In this document: one piece after another, positions 14,743 through 23,299 of the stretch | Position numbering within the stretch: the stretch's first letter is position 1 | How the letters are laid out: the number at the start of each line of letters is the position of its first letter | IMG/VR virus record: IMGVR_UViG_3300046455_000369 | Length of the DNA: 36,858 nucleotides | Strand: one strand, 5' to 3' | Origin: a virus | Translations under genes and position numbers: made by a program | Notes under the pieces: generated by a model | What the model saw: the letters and a program-made list of their open reading frames with translations, nothing else | What the model was told of the DNA's origin: nothing | The model's database searches: none

Positions 14743-14954
14743 CCGCCGACCACACCCGGATCGTCAACCAGCTGCGCGAGGGCCATGCCGCGATGAACGC
14801 GGCCGGCCTCGGCAGCCCGGCTCTGGACGACTTCAACAAGACGGTCATCCGGATCGTGTCCGAGTCCGCTGACCCCGCGGCCGCGCTGCGGTCGATGGTC
14901 GACCTGCTCGAAGAGGACATGGCCGCCCGCGCCGCGAAGGTGGCAAGCCGGTGA
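14736..14954 (+). CDS. Hypothetical early protein (72 aa)
   Basis: Track ORF that overlaps the previous stop. Helical, acidic. Confidence 0.5.
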   Translation: MLTADHTRIVNQLREGHAAMNAAGLGSPALDDFNKTVIRIVSESADPAAALRSMVDLLEEDMAARAAKVASR

Positions 14955-15193
14955 CCCTGCCCACCACCGCGACGGCCGTGTCCACAACTGTGGACACCGG
15001 CCGCCCGGCCCTCAGCCCGGCCGAGCAAGCCCGTCGTGCGAACCGGCCGGTCCGTTTCGCCGACCCCGCGCGCAACGCCGCGTACTGGGCGCGCATCGAC
15101 GCGTGCGTGGATGCGGCGCCCCCGCTCTCGAACGACCAGAAGGCGATCATTCGCGCGGCTTTCCACGCGCCCGCACTCAAGGAGGCGGCGTGA
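14951..15193 (+). CDS. Hypothetical early protein (80 aa)
   Basis: GTGA overlap start; track ORF. Confidence 0.45.
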   Translation: MTLPTTATAVSTTVDTGRPALSPAEQARRANRPVRFADPARNAAYWARIDACVDAAPPLSNDQKAIIRAAFHAPALKEAA

Positions 15194-15387
15194 CCACCGT
15201 GACCGCCGCTCTGTTCGTCGACCTCGAAGGCGTCCGCGCCCGGTACGAGTGCCTGCGCCCCGGCTGTACCCAGCCGCTGGAAGGCCCCGTCTACGGGGGC
15301 GACGTAAAGCCCTTCGTGGACAGCATCCGCACCGACCACCCAGCCCGCTGCACGGCGAGCCTTCGGCAGCAGGGAGGGCACCGGTGA
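15190..15387 (+). CDS. Hypothetical small Cys-containing protein (65 aa)
   Basis: GTGA overlap start at 15190. Sequence: VTTVTAALFVDLEGVRARYECLRPGCTQPLEG...HPARCTAS. Confidence 0.45.
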   Translation: MTTVTAALFVDLEGVRARYECLRPGCTQPLEGPVYGGDVKPFVDSIRTDHPARCTASLRQQGGHR

Positions 15388-15809
15388 GCGGCACCGTCCA
15401 CATCGAGGTCGGCACGTTCGACGCCAAGGTCCACAGCCCCTTCGAAGCCAAGGACCACATCAAGGACCTACCCCATCGCTGGCGACGCTGGGACAAGGCA
15501 GAGAAGTGCTGGATCGTCGAACTCCACGCCGTCGACCTGCTGAAGTCCACGCTCCGCCTGGCCGGCTTCACAGTCCGCACCACTCACCAAGGCGGATCCA
15601 GCCGGACCTACAGCGCCCCTCCACCGCGCGCCGAGCGCAACGCGGACACGTGGGCCGACTCGATGTACCGCGCCCTCGGAAAGGACCTCGGCGACAAGGC
15701 GTACAAGGCCCTCGTTCCCGTCCTCCACCCCGATCGCGGCGGCGACACCGTCTCCATGCAGCAGCTCAACGCCGCCCGCGATAAGGCCAAGCTCCAGCCC
15801 ACCCGGTGA
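15384..15809 (+). CDS. J-domain (DnaJ-like, HPD motif) protein with an N-terminal HARP-like beta/alpha region (141 aa)
   Basis: GTGA overlap start at 15384. The C-terminus MYRALGKDLGDKAYKALVPVLHPDRGGDTVSMQQLNAARDKAK has helix II, HPD and helix III of a J domain (HPD at nt 15726-15734). The N-terminus is FDAKVHSPFEAKDHIKDLPHRWRRWDKAEKCWIVELHAVDLL. Confidence 0.6.
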   Translation: MSGTVHIEVGTFDAKVHSPFEAKDHIKDLPHRWRRWDKAEKCWIVELHAVDLLKSTLRLAGFTVRTTHQGGSSRTYSAPPPRAERNADTWADSMYRALGKDLGDKAYKALVPVLHPDRGGDTVSMQQLNAARDKAKLQPTR

Positions 15810-15829
15810 CGCAGCGCGCGGCGTTGTAA

Positions 15830-18565
15830 GTGGCAGCGCCGCGCCCTCACGAACACCATCGGCACCACGGGAATCGAGAGACCACGTTCGTGAACACCAA
15901 CACCGAGCCACTGGCCGCGGACCCGGGCATCGTCCGTGCATGGCTCGCTCCCCGCTTCGAGGCCCCCGGCCTCGTCTCGATCTGTTCCAAGGGCAACTGG
16001 ACCGGGATCCAGACCGACGACCTGGACCGTGCGGTCGCATGGGTCATGTCCCAGGATCAAGCCGGCGCCGAGGGAATCTACTGCCGAGTCACCACAGTCA
16101 CCAGCCGGTTCCCCGGCGGGTCCCGCGGCAGTGCTCGCGACTCCCGTGCCGTCTTCGGCATGTGGTCCGACATCGACTTCGGCAACGACCTCCACAAGGC
16201 GACCGGCCTGCCCGCCGACGCCAGCGAGGCCCGCGATATCCCGCGCTTCGCGCGCCTGCCGGACGCCACCCGCGTCGAGAACTCCGGCGCCGGCCTGTAC
16301 GTCTGGAACGAGTTCGAACAGCCGCTCGTCATCGGCGAGGACATCGAGTTCGACGACTTGGCGGAGCTCGCCGGGGACTGGCAGAACATCCTCCTGGCCG
16401 GCGCCAAGGTGATGGGCCTCAGCTATGGAACCGGGGTGCGGGACCTGGCGCGGGTGCTGCGGCTGCCCGGCACGGTCAACCGCAAGCCCGGCCGGGTCCC
16501 TGTGCTCTGCCAGGTCGTCGAGGACAGCGGTATCCGCTACGGCCTCGACGACATCCGGAAGCTGGCTGCCGACCTGAAGCCCAAGCCGAAGAAGCGGACG
16601 GCGCCGACGGCTTCGGCACCCCGGGCCAAGACCGCGCGCAGCAGTCAGAGCGGCGGCCGCGGGCCGATGGAGATCCTCGGCGACCACGCGTGCTGCGGTG
16701 AGATCCTCATGCACGTCGGCGCCACCTACGCCGAGCAGTACCCCGGCACCTGCTCGTACTGCGGTCCCGGATGCCAGCGCTGGAACCGGCCCAACTGGGA
16801 CGACACCTGCTCCAAGGACGGTGTTGCCGTCCACAAGGAGGGCGCCGCAGTCACCATCCGCACCGACAACTTCCCCGGGATCAGCGCGGCCGCGATCGGC
16901 CACGTCCTCTCCCCCGGCCAACTGTTCGCTGCACTGCACCACAGCGGCGACGAGTCCGAGGCATCTCGCGACATCATCCGGGCGGCGCACGGTCGCGACG
17001 GAGCGAGCGCTGCGGCCCGCGCGCTGCCAGTCGCCGTCCTCGACGACGTGCGCCAAGCCACCGCCCGCGGCGACGAGCCGGACGATCAGCCGGAGCCGGA
17101 GACCGAGGCCAACGCCGAGAACGACGAGCCCGAGGCCCCGCCCGCCGGATCCCCCGCCGCGCTGCTCGCCGACTTCCTCGATCAGATGAAGACCTACGTC
17201 CACCTCGCCGACCACGGACACGTCATCTTCGCGCTCGCGGTGGCCGTGTCCTCCGACCTCGACGGCGAACCACTGTGGGGCATGCTCGTCGGGCCGCCCT
17301 CCGGCGGAAAGAGCGAAGCGGTCAAGGCCCTCGACGAGATCGCCGACGAGCACGTCGACGACATCACCGGCCCCGCCCTGCTGTCGTGGATGCCGGGCAA
17401 GAACCCCAAGCCGGCGGGCATCCTCACCCGCATCCCGAGCCGCGCGTTCGTCAGCATCAGCGACTTCTCCACGGTGCTGGCCACGTCCGACCGGGGCGGC
17501 CGCGACACCCTGTTCGCGCTGCTGCGCCGGGCCTACGACGGACACGTCGTGCGCGAGGTCGGGAACTCCCCGCGGCCGCTCACCTGGACGGGCCGCCTGA
17601 CCCTGCTCGCTGCGGTCACCCCGGCCATTGACAACTTCTCCTCGCACACCGACGCGCTCGGTCCTCGCTGGCTGTACTGCCGCTTGCCGGAAACGGACAG
17701 CGCCCACAAGAAGGCCACTGTCCGCAAGCGCCGGAAGATCGAGGGGCTCGCCGAGAAGCAGGCCGAAGCCCAGCGCCGGGCGTCCGCTCTCGTGCGTGCC
17801 GCGCGCCGGGTCGTGGGCGACGTCGAACTCGACGACGAGATGTACGACCAGCTCGAGGACGCGGCCATGCTGACGTGCCTCGGCCGCGCCGCAGTCCCGC
17901 GCAACGCCTACGGCCGCCGAGAGATCGACGGCATCCCGATCATCGAGGAGCCCGCCCGCATCACCGGGCAGATCGTGTCCCTCGCCAAGTCGCTGCTCGC
18001 GCTCGGCGTCTCCCGCGGCGAGGCCCTGGCGCTCGCGGGCAAGTGCGCGCTGGACACCGTGCCTCAGGCGCGGCTGGCCTGCCTCAAGCAGCTGGCGGGC
18101 GGCGAGCCGATGACGGTGTCCGAGGTACGTCGGCGCACGGGGTTGAACAGGCATGTCGCCCGGCGCGCGCTGGAGGACATGGAGGTCCTCGACCTGACGG
18201 CGTGCCCTCGGCACGAGAAAGACGAGGAGTCGGAGGAGGTCGGCTTCCCGGCCTCAGTGCCGTGGCATCTGGGCGAGGAGCGGGCGCTGGTGGCGCGCGT
18301 GCTCGCCGCGCAAGCCGCAACCGAACAGGCGAGCGATTCCGAAGGCTCTCCCTTGGCACGAAGTGTTGGTTACCCAACCCCAACCCCCCAAGAAAGAGAC
18401 CTTAACGATCTTCAAAAGGGCTCGTCAGAGGGTTCCGGTACGCGCGCAACCCACACTTCGGGCCAAGCAAAGCCCCAGCCCACGCCGTCCCCGGCGCCCG
18501 AAGACGTCGGGCTGTGGGACGTGCCGCTTGACGAGCCCGACGACTACTGGGCCGAAGCCAGCTGA
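15830..18565 (+). CDS. Replication protein: primase-polymerase (prim-pol) N-terminal domain, P-loop helicase-like domain and C-terminal wHTH (up to 911 aa)
   Basis: Prim-pol/PriCT-like motifs: MWSDIDFG, SGAGLYVWNEF, RLPGTVNRKPG. A Cys cluster: CCGEILMH...CSYCGPGCQRW. Walker A: MLVGPPSGGKSEA. wHTH: MTVSEVRRRTGLNRHVARRALEDM. The start is uncertain (GTG 15830 or GTG 15890). Confidence 0.8.
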   Translation: MAAPRPHEHHRHHGNRETTFVNTNTEPLAADPGIVRAWLAPRFEAPGLVSICSKGNWTGIQTDDLDRAVAWVMSQDQAGAEGIYCRVTTVTSRFPGGSRGSARDSRAVFGMWSDIDFGNDLHKATGLPADASEARDIPRFARLPDATRVENSGAGLYVWNEFEQPLVIGEDIEFDDLAELAGDWQNILLAGAKVMGLSYGTGVRDLARVLRLPGTVNRKPGRVPVLCQVVEDSGIRYGLDDIRKLAADLKPKPKKRTAPTASAPRAKTARSSQSGGRGPMEILGDHACCGEILMHVGATYAEQYPGTCSYCGPGCQRWNRPNWDDTCSKDGVAVHKEGAAVTIRTDNFPGISAAAIGHVLSPGQLFAALHHSGDESEASRDIIRAAHGRDGASAAARALPVAVLDDVRQATARGDEPDDQPEPETEANAENDEPEAPPAGSPAALLADFLDQMKTYVHLADHGHVIFALAVAVSSDLDGEPLWGMLVGPPSGGKSEAVKALDEIADEHVDDITGPALLSWMPGKNPKPAGILTRIPSRAFVSISDFSTVLATSDRGGRDTLFALLRRAYDGHVVREVGNSPRPLTWTGRLTLLAAVTPAIDNFSSHTDALGPRWLYCRLPETDSAHKKATVRKRRKIEGLAEKQAEAQRRASALVRAARRVVGDVELDDEMYDQLEDAAMLTCLGRAAVPRNAYGRREIDGIPIIEEPARITGQIVSLAKSLLALGVSRGEALALAGKCALDTVPQARLACLKQLAGGEPMTVSEVRRRTGLNRHVARRALEDMEVLDLTACPRHEKDEESEEVGFPASVPWHLGEERALVARVLAAQAATEQASDSEGSPLARSVGYPTPTPQERDLNDLQKGSSEGSGTRATHTSGQAKPQPTPSPAPEDVGLWDVPLDEPDDYWAEAS

Positions 18566-18573
18566 GGAGATCC

Positions 18574-18792
18574 GTGAACGTCAACGACATCGTCGCCGAG
18601 AAGATCGCCGCGGCCGCCCGCCGGGCCGAGGAGACGAAGCGCCGGCGCGCCGCCCTCAACGCCGCCCGGCAGCGTGGCCTCGCCCACCGGCACGCACAGA
18701 AGCTCGCCCGCCTTGCGACCGAGGAGGACTCGGCCGCAACCGCGACTCCGACCGACGGAGCCGCGAACGACACCATCGAGGAGAACTCATGA
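18574..18792 (+). CDS. Hypothetical basic helical protein (72 aa)
   Basis: GAGGAG RBS, then GTG 18574; track ORF. Confidence 0.5.
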   Translation: MNVNDIVAEKIAAAARRAEETKRRRAALNAARQRGLAHRHAQKLARLATEEDSAATATPTDGAANDTIEENS

Positions 18793-19124
18793 ACATCGCC
18801 ACCGGCTCGATCCTCAACATGGCCCCGGCCGGCCACGACTGGGTCATCGCCTTCGACGAGGGCGACGAGACCCAGCCCGAGATCGTCTGCCCGGTCATCG
18901 GCTGGGCCACCGTGGTCGAGGCCCGCCTGAACGACGGCACCGTCAGCACGTGCATTCAGCCCGCGTTCCTGTACGTCGACATGGTCTGGACGCCGAGCGA
19001 ACTGCGCGAGCACAACCCGGCCGCCTCCGGTTTCGAGATCCGCGCCAGGGAGATCGTCCACACCGACCTTCAGGGCCACCGCACCGTCAAGCGCGACGGC
19101 CGCCGCGTATCCGCTGAGAACTGA
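18789..19124 (+). CDS. Hypothetical protein (111 aa)
   Basis: ATGA overlap start at 18789. Sequence begins MNIATGSILNMAPAGHDWVIAFDEGDETQPEIVCPVIGWATVVEARL... Confidence 0.5.
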   Translation: MNIATGSILNMAPAGHDWVIAFDEGDETQPEIVCPVIGWATVVEARLNDGTVSTCIQPAFLYVDMVWTPSELREHNPAASGFEIRAREIVHTDLQGHRTVKRDGRRVSAEN

Positions 19125-19136
19125 TCCCGCACGACA

Positions 19137-19169
19137 CCGGCCGGGCCCGCAGTCATCGGGCCCGGCCGG
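19137..19169 (+). terminator. Perfect 13-bp-stem GC hairpin (terminator/attenuator) upstream of ssb
   Basis: ccggccgggcccg-cagtcat-cgggcccggccgg with no T-run. A second small inverted repeat AGGTGT...ACACCT lies at 19184-19205. Confidence 0.5.
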
Positions 19170-19225
19170 CCACCCAGCATCCCAGGTGTTTCAGATGAGA
19201 CACCTCCCCCGAGAAGGAGTTCGCC

Positions 19226-19765
19226 ATGGCTGGCGAGACCGTGATCACCGTCGTCGGCAACCTGGTCGACGACCCCGAGCTGCGCTTCACCCCGTCCGGT
19301 GCGGCGGTCGCGAAGTTCCGCGTCGCCTCGACCCCGCGGGTGTTCAACCGCGAGGCCAACGAGTGGAAGGACGGCGAGTCCCTGTTCCTCACCTGCTCGG
19401 TGTGGCGGCAGGCCGCCGAGAACGTCGCCGAGTCCCTCGCCAAGGGCGTCCGCGTCATCGTGCAGGGCCGGCTGAAGCAGCGGTCCTACGAGGACGGGCA
19501 GGGCGTGAAGCGCACGGTGTACGAGCTGGACGTCGAGGAGGTCGGCGCGAGCCTGTCCCGGGCTACCGCCAAGGTGACGAAGAACCAGGCCGGGGGTGGG
19601 CAGGGGAAGTCTCCGTCCGCAGGTACGGCGACTTCCGCGCAGGACCCGTGGGCCGGCGCCCAGCCCGCGAACGCCCAGCAGCAGAACGGCGGCTGGGGCA
19701 ACCCGCCCGCCCAGCAGCAGCCCGCCGCGCAGAGCGCCGGGTACAGCGACGAACCGCCCTTCTAG
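19226..19765 (+). CDS. ssb: Single-stranded DNA-binding protein (179 aa)
   Basis: [38 protein letters not shown]...[19 protein letters not shown] is an OB fold. A Gly/Gln-rich linker and the acidic tip DEPPF follow. Confidence 0.95.
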   Translation: MAGETVITVVGNLVDDPELRFTPSGAAVAKFRVASTPRVFNREANEWKDGESLFLTCSVWRQAAENVAESLAKGVRVIVQGRLKQRSYEDGQGVKRTVYELDVEEVGASLSRATAKVTKNQAGGGQGKSPSAGTATSAQDPWAGAQPANAQQQNGGWGNPPAQQQPAAQSAGYSDEPPF

Positions 19766-19780
19766 GCCTGGGAGAACGCC

Positions 19781-19948
19781 ATGAGTGACCACGACATCCA
19801 GCTGCTCGCCCTCGGTACCACGCTGGGCATGTACATCATGCTGATCGCCCAGGCTGTCGGCTCGATCATCGACGATCGCCGCGACCGCAAGGTGGCTCGC
19901 GCCGCCCAGGCCGAGCTCGATGCCTCCCGGGAAAAGGCGGCGACGTGA
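19781..19948 (+). CDS. Small membrane protein (55 aa; below the ORF-track size cutoff)
   Basis: GGAG RBS, ATG 19781. Hand translation: MSDHDIQLLALGTTLGMYIMLIAQAVGSIIDDRRDRKVARAAQAELDASREKAAT*. The stop overlaps the next GTG start. Confidence 0.45.
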   Translation: MSDHDIQLLALGTTLGMYIMLIAQAVGSIIDDRRDRKVARAAQAELDASREKAAT

Positions 19949-20577
19949 CCGCATCGTGCGGGCTGTGCGAGACGGACCTCCAGGACGGCTACCTCTGCCC
20001 GGGTGACACGCTCGCCCTGGCGGAGCGGCTGGACCGGATGCCGAAGATCTACGCGGCGCTGGCCGGGTTCCTCGCCCCGGCCGCCCGCGGCATCACCGAA
20101 CGCATCCAGGCCAGCGCCACCCCGGCGCTCCCCGTCGACGAAGCCGTCCTCGACCTGCGGTACGGCGGGATCGCCCTGGTCCTGGAGCAGTGGCGGTCCG
20201 ACGTACAGCGGGTCCGCGGCTGGGGCGAGCCGGCCGTCACCGGGGACCCCGGGCAGCGGGTGATGCGCGCGGCCCGCTGGCTGGGCATGGAACTGTCCTG
20301 GATCGCCGCCAGCTACCCGGCCGCCGGCGACCTGGCCCGCGAGGTCAAGGAGCTGGAGCGTGCGTGCCTGTCGATCGTCGGCGCGCTCCCGGACCGCGGC
20401 CGTCGGCTCGGGCAGTGCGTCTCGATCGACGCCTCGGGCGTGGTGTGCGGGGCGAACATCTACCAGCTGCCGACGCAGACCCGGCTGGTGTGCGACTGGT
20501 GCCAGTGCGTCTATAGCACCCCGCAGGAGTGGGCGCTGCTCGCCCACTACCAGCCGAAGGAGGCCGCCGATGCCTGA
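19945..20577 (+). CDS. Hypothetical protein with N- and C-terminal Cys clusters (210 aa)
   Basis: N-terminus: CGLCETDLQDGYLCPGD. C-terminus: CVSIDASGVVCGAN...LVCDWCQCVY. Track ORF. Confidence 0.55.
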   Translation: MTASCGLCETDLQDGYLCPGDTLALAERLDRMPKIYAALAGFLAPAARGITERIQASATPALPVDEAVLDLRYGGIALVLEQWRSDVQRVRGWGEPAVTGDPGQRVMRAARWLGMELSWIAASYPAAGDLAREVKELERACLSIVGALPDRGRRLGQCVSIDASGVVCGANIYQLPTQTRLVCDWCQCVYSTPQEWALLAHYQPKEAADA

Positions 20578-20740
20578 CCGGATCGTGACCTGCCGGGTCC
20601 TGAACGGGCGCGGCAACCAGTGCACGGGCGAGGCGGTCGACGCCACCGCCGAGCTGCTGATCTGCGCCCGGCACCTGGCGGAGGCGCAGCGCCTCATACA
20701 TGCGGCGTTCCAGCAGGCGCGCCGCCCGGAGAAGACATGA
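20570..20740 (+). CDS. Small Cys/His protein (56 aa)
   Basis: ATG 20570 overlaps the previous gene end. Sequence: MPDRIVTCRVLNGRGNQCTGEAVDATAELLICARHLAEAQRL. Confidence 0.45.
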   Translation: MPDRIVTCRVLNGRGNQCTGEAVDATAELLICARHLAEAQRLIHAAFQQARRPEKT

Positions 20741-21006
20741 CCGACACTACGTCATGGGGGGTTGTGCAAAACCCCGGGTGCGGTATTCTTCTGGAGGTGG
20801 AAACACCGCCCTGGCGGGACCGGATCCGCACGGAAGACGAGTTGCTGGAACAGCTCGACGACCAAGCAGAACAGGCCCGCAGACGACGAGCACAAGCCCT
20901 CGCAGAGGGAGTCGGCGAACTTGGCAGCGTCTACGCCGTAGCCAAGGACCAAGACCTCAGCCAGACCGCCGTATCGAAGGCGATCAAGAAGTACACAACC
21001 GAATAG
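20737..21006 (+). CDS. Hypothetical protein with a possible C-terminal HTH (89 aa)
   Basis: ATGA overlap start at 20737. The C-terminus is VYAVAKDQDLSQTAVSKAIKKY. The 5' end is locally AT-richer. Confidence 0.45.
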   Translation: MTDTTSWGVVQNPGCGILLEVETPPWRDRIRTEDELLEQLDDQAEQARRRRAQALAEGVGELGSVYAVAKDQDLSQTAVSKAIKKYTTE

Positions 21007-21109
21007 ACAGCGAGGGCCGGACGACAGCTCTCCGAGGGGCTGGAACCCCACGGAGGCGCGCGCGTCGCCCGACCCTCTACCGAACATCCTGATTACGCCA
21101 GGAGTCGGC

Positions 21110-21268
21110 ATGACCGATCTTGCCATGCCCGCGGACAGCCGCGGCACCACCCAGACCCGCCGGCTCATCGCCGCGGGCATCATCCGCCGCAGCCCCGGCC
21201 GCACCCTCACCGTGCGCGTCACCGAGGCCGGCGTCACCGGCACCATTCGCAAGGCGGGTGCCCGATGA
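21110..21268 (+). CDS. Small basic protein (52 aa; below the ORF-track cutoff)
   Basis: AGGAG at 21100-21104, ATG 21110. Hand translation: MTDLAMPADSRGTTQTRRLIAAGIIRRSPGRTLTVRVTEAGVTGTIRKAGAR*. ATGA overlap with the next gene. Confidence 0.45.
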   Translation: MTDLAMPADSRGTTQTRRLIAAGIIRRSPGRTLTVRVTEAGVTGTIRKAGAR

Positions 21269-22011
21269 TGCGCAACGACCTGCCCCGCTTCGGGCCGACC
21301 GAAGTGGTCGACGACCCCGGCGTCACGCCCGAGGTCATCGTCCGCACAGACATCGCCCTGTCCCGCGAGCAGCTGGTCGCCGCCCTCAGCGTCGCCTACG
21401 CCAGCCTCGCCCCCGACGTGGACCCCGACTCCCTGACCGTCGTACAGACGCGCACCGAGATCGAGGCCATGCTCACCGAGAGCGGCATCGTCGACATCGA
21501 CAACCTGATCGCCCTTGACCGGGACGGGATCCCCGCCGAGGAGCAGGCCGTCGCCGACGCACTGCGCCGCGCAGTCGACCGGGCCTACCCGACCGACACC
21601 CCCGAGCCGACCCCGCCCCGCAGGCAGGACCCGCGGTACCGCGACGGCACCGTCATCCTTGACACCGTCGACCACGGCGAGGTCACCGTCCGGGAACCCG
21701 CATGGTGCACCGGCCATGACGACGACACCGTCGACTACCTCGCCGGGATCACCCACAACGGCCGCACCTGCGCCACCACCGCGATCACCGCCGAGTTCGG
21801 CGAGGTCACCGTGGCCCGCGCCCAGATCAGCCACGGCCCGCACCTGGTCGAGCAGCCCGAGCCGTACCCCACCCTGCACATCGCCCTCGACCTGCACCAG
21901 TCCTTCAACCCCGAGGACGGCCGCGCCGTCACCCGGGCCCTGCGCGTCGCCGCCTGCCGCATCGACCGAACCCTCGACGACCTCGAAGCCATGCGGAGGG
22001 CAGAGCAGTGA
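21265..22011 (+). CDS. Hypothetical protein (248 aa) with an AWCTGH motif
   Basis: Track ORF. Motif: VREPAWCTGHDDDTVDYLAGITHNG. It is positioned directly upstream of the membrane protein/TraB block. Confidence 0.55.
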   Translation: MMRNDLPRFGPTEVVDDPGVTPEVIVRTDIALSREQLVAALSVAYASLAPDVDPDSLTVVQTRTEIEAMLTESGIVDIDNLIALDRDGIPAEEQAVADALRRAVDRAYPTDTPEPTPPRRQDPRYRDGTVILDTVDHGEVTVREPAWCTGHDDDTVDYLAGITHNGRTCATTAITAEFGEVTVARAQISHGPHLVEQPEPYPTLHIALDLHQSFNPEDGRAVTRALRVAACRIDRTLDDLEAMRRAEQ

Positions 22012-23123
22012 CCACCCGCGAACTCACCAGGGGACAGTCCGCCGTCCTCGCCGTCACCGCGGCCGCCATGGTCGTTGTCGGCAGCTTCGGCGCCTGGGGC
22101 ACCTACACCAACGCCGTGACCGCCTTCCACCGGCAGGCCACCGCCGCCGGTGTCGTCGCCGCCGGAGAAGGGCTGACGTTCGTCCTCGCCCTGATCATGC
22201 TGGTGCGGACGATGCTCAACATGTCCTCGCCGCTGGTCGTCCGCGGCGGCATGTGGCTGGCCCCGGTATCCGCGAGCTGCATCGGCCTGTCCATCGCATC
22301 CACCACCCGAGAGGCCGCGGTGTACGCGGTCACCCCGCTCGCCATGAGCGGGGCCGCCGAGGGCCTCGGGTTCATCGCCCGGTCGGTCGTCGTCTACCGC
22401 ACCGGCCGGGACGCCGAGACGGACCGCCGCAACGCCGCCACCGTGCAGCAGCTGGCGTATCAGCAGGCGCTCGCCGCCGGGCACCCCGACGAGGACGTGA
22501 AGGAAGCCGCGACCCGGAAGGCGTGGAAGCTGATCGGCCGTGTCGGCGTCGGTGACCCGCAGCTCGCCGAGGGCCTGGTCGACGTCTCCCGCACGAAGCT
22601 GACCGCCGGGGCCGGGCACGCCCTGGACCGGATGCTCGCGCTCCCGGCAGGTGATGCGCCGGCCGACCGCCCGGCGCCGAAGTCGACGAACGCGACGGAC
22701 GCGATCCGCGCACACTTCGCCGACATGGACCCGGTCGACGCGGTCCGGCTTGCAGCGGATGCGCGACCTGATGCGGGCCCCGTCGAACTCGCCGGGATCC
22801 TCGGCACCTACGGCCTGACCGTCGACCCTGTGGCGGTCGCTCTGGTCCTCGGTCAGCAGCCTGCCGAGTACATCGTCGAGCGACCTGATGCGGCTGATGC
22901 GCTCCAGGTCAGCGCCCTGGAGCCCGTCGACATGGCGGGCGCGGTCGAGGAGGCCGCATCCGCCCTCGGGCCGGACGCCTCAGCCCGCGATATCGCCGAG
23001 CACATTGCCCGCCACCGGCGCCTGGTCGTCACCGAGCCGTACATCCGCACCGCCCTGTCGAGGGCCTCGAAGAAGCCCCAGCCGGAGACCCCGGCCAAGC
23101 CCATGGAAGGCGGATACGCCTGA
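22008..23123 (+). CDS. Polytopic membrane protein (about 4 N-terminal TM helices, DUF2637/Spd-like architecture) with a long cytoplasmic tail (371 aa)
   Basis: GTGA overlap start. TM segments: SAVLAVTAAAMVVVGSFGAWG, AAGVVAAGEGLTFVLALIMLV, MWLAPVSASCIGLSIA, VYAVTPLAMSGAAEGLGFIA. The family assignment rests on architecture only. Confidence 0.5.
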   Translation: MTTRELTRGQSAVLAVTAAAMVVVGSFGAWGTYTNAVTAFHRQATAAGVVAAGEGLTFVLALIMLVRTMLNMSSPLVVRGGMWLAPVSASCIGLSIASTTREAAVYAVTPLAMSGAAEGLGFIARSVVVYRTGRDAETDRRNAATVQQLAYQQALAAGHPDEDVKEAATRKAWKLIGRVGVGDPQLAEGLVDVSRTKLTAGAGHALDRMLALPAGDAPADRPAPKSTNATDAIRAHFADMDPVDAVRLAADARPDAGPVELAGILGTYGLTVDPVAVALVLGQQPAEYIVERPDAADALQVSALEPVDMAGAVEEAASALGPDASARDIAEHIARHRRLVVTEPYIRTALSRASKKPQPETPAKPMEGGYA

Positions 23124-23299
23124 TGCGCGCACTCCTCGCGGGCGCCCTGCTCGGGCTGCTCTGGATCTCCGCCCCGGCCGTCGTCGCCTACATCGCCGCG
23201 GTGGCCCTGGCCGCCCTGGTGAAGGCGCTCCCCGCCGCGCTGGTCCTCGCCGTCCTGGTCCGCGCCGTCCCGTCCCGGATCCGGAGGTGGGCGCGGTGA
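23123..23299 (+). CDS. Small hydrophobic membrane protein (58 aa; below the track cutoff)
   Basis: TGATG overlap start. Sequence: MRALLAGALLGLLWISAPAVVAYIAAVALAALVKALPAALVLAVLVRAVPSRIRRWAR*. Confidence 0.5.
   Translation: MRALLAGALLGLLWISAPAVVAYIAAVALAALVKALPAALVLAVLVRAVPSRIRRWAR

Noticed and set aside
15608-18214. 868-aa minus-strand ORF opposite the primase/helicase gene
   Set aside because: - Same artefact class as above.
- It has low-complexity Arg/Gly/Ala/Val composition and no recognisable motifs.
- The + strand frame carries clear prim-pol, Walker A and wHTH motifs.
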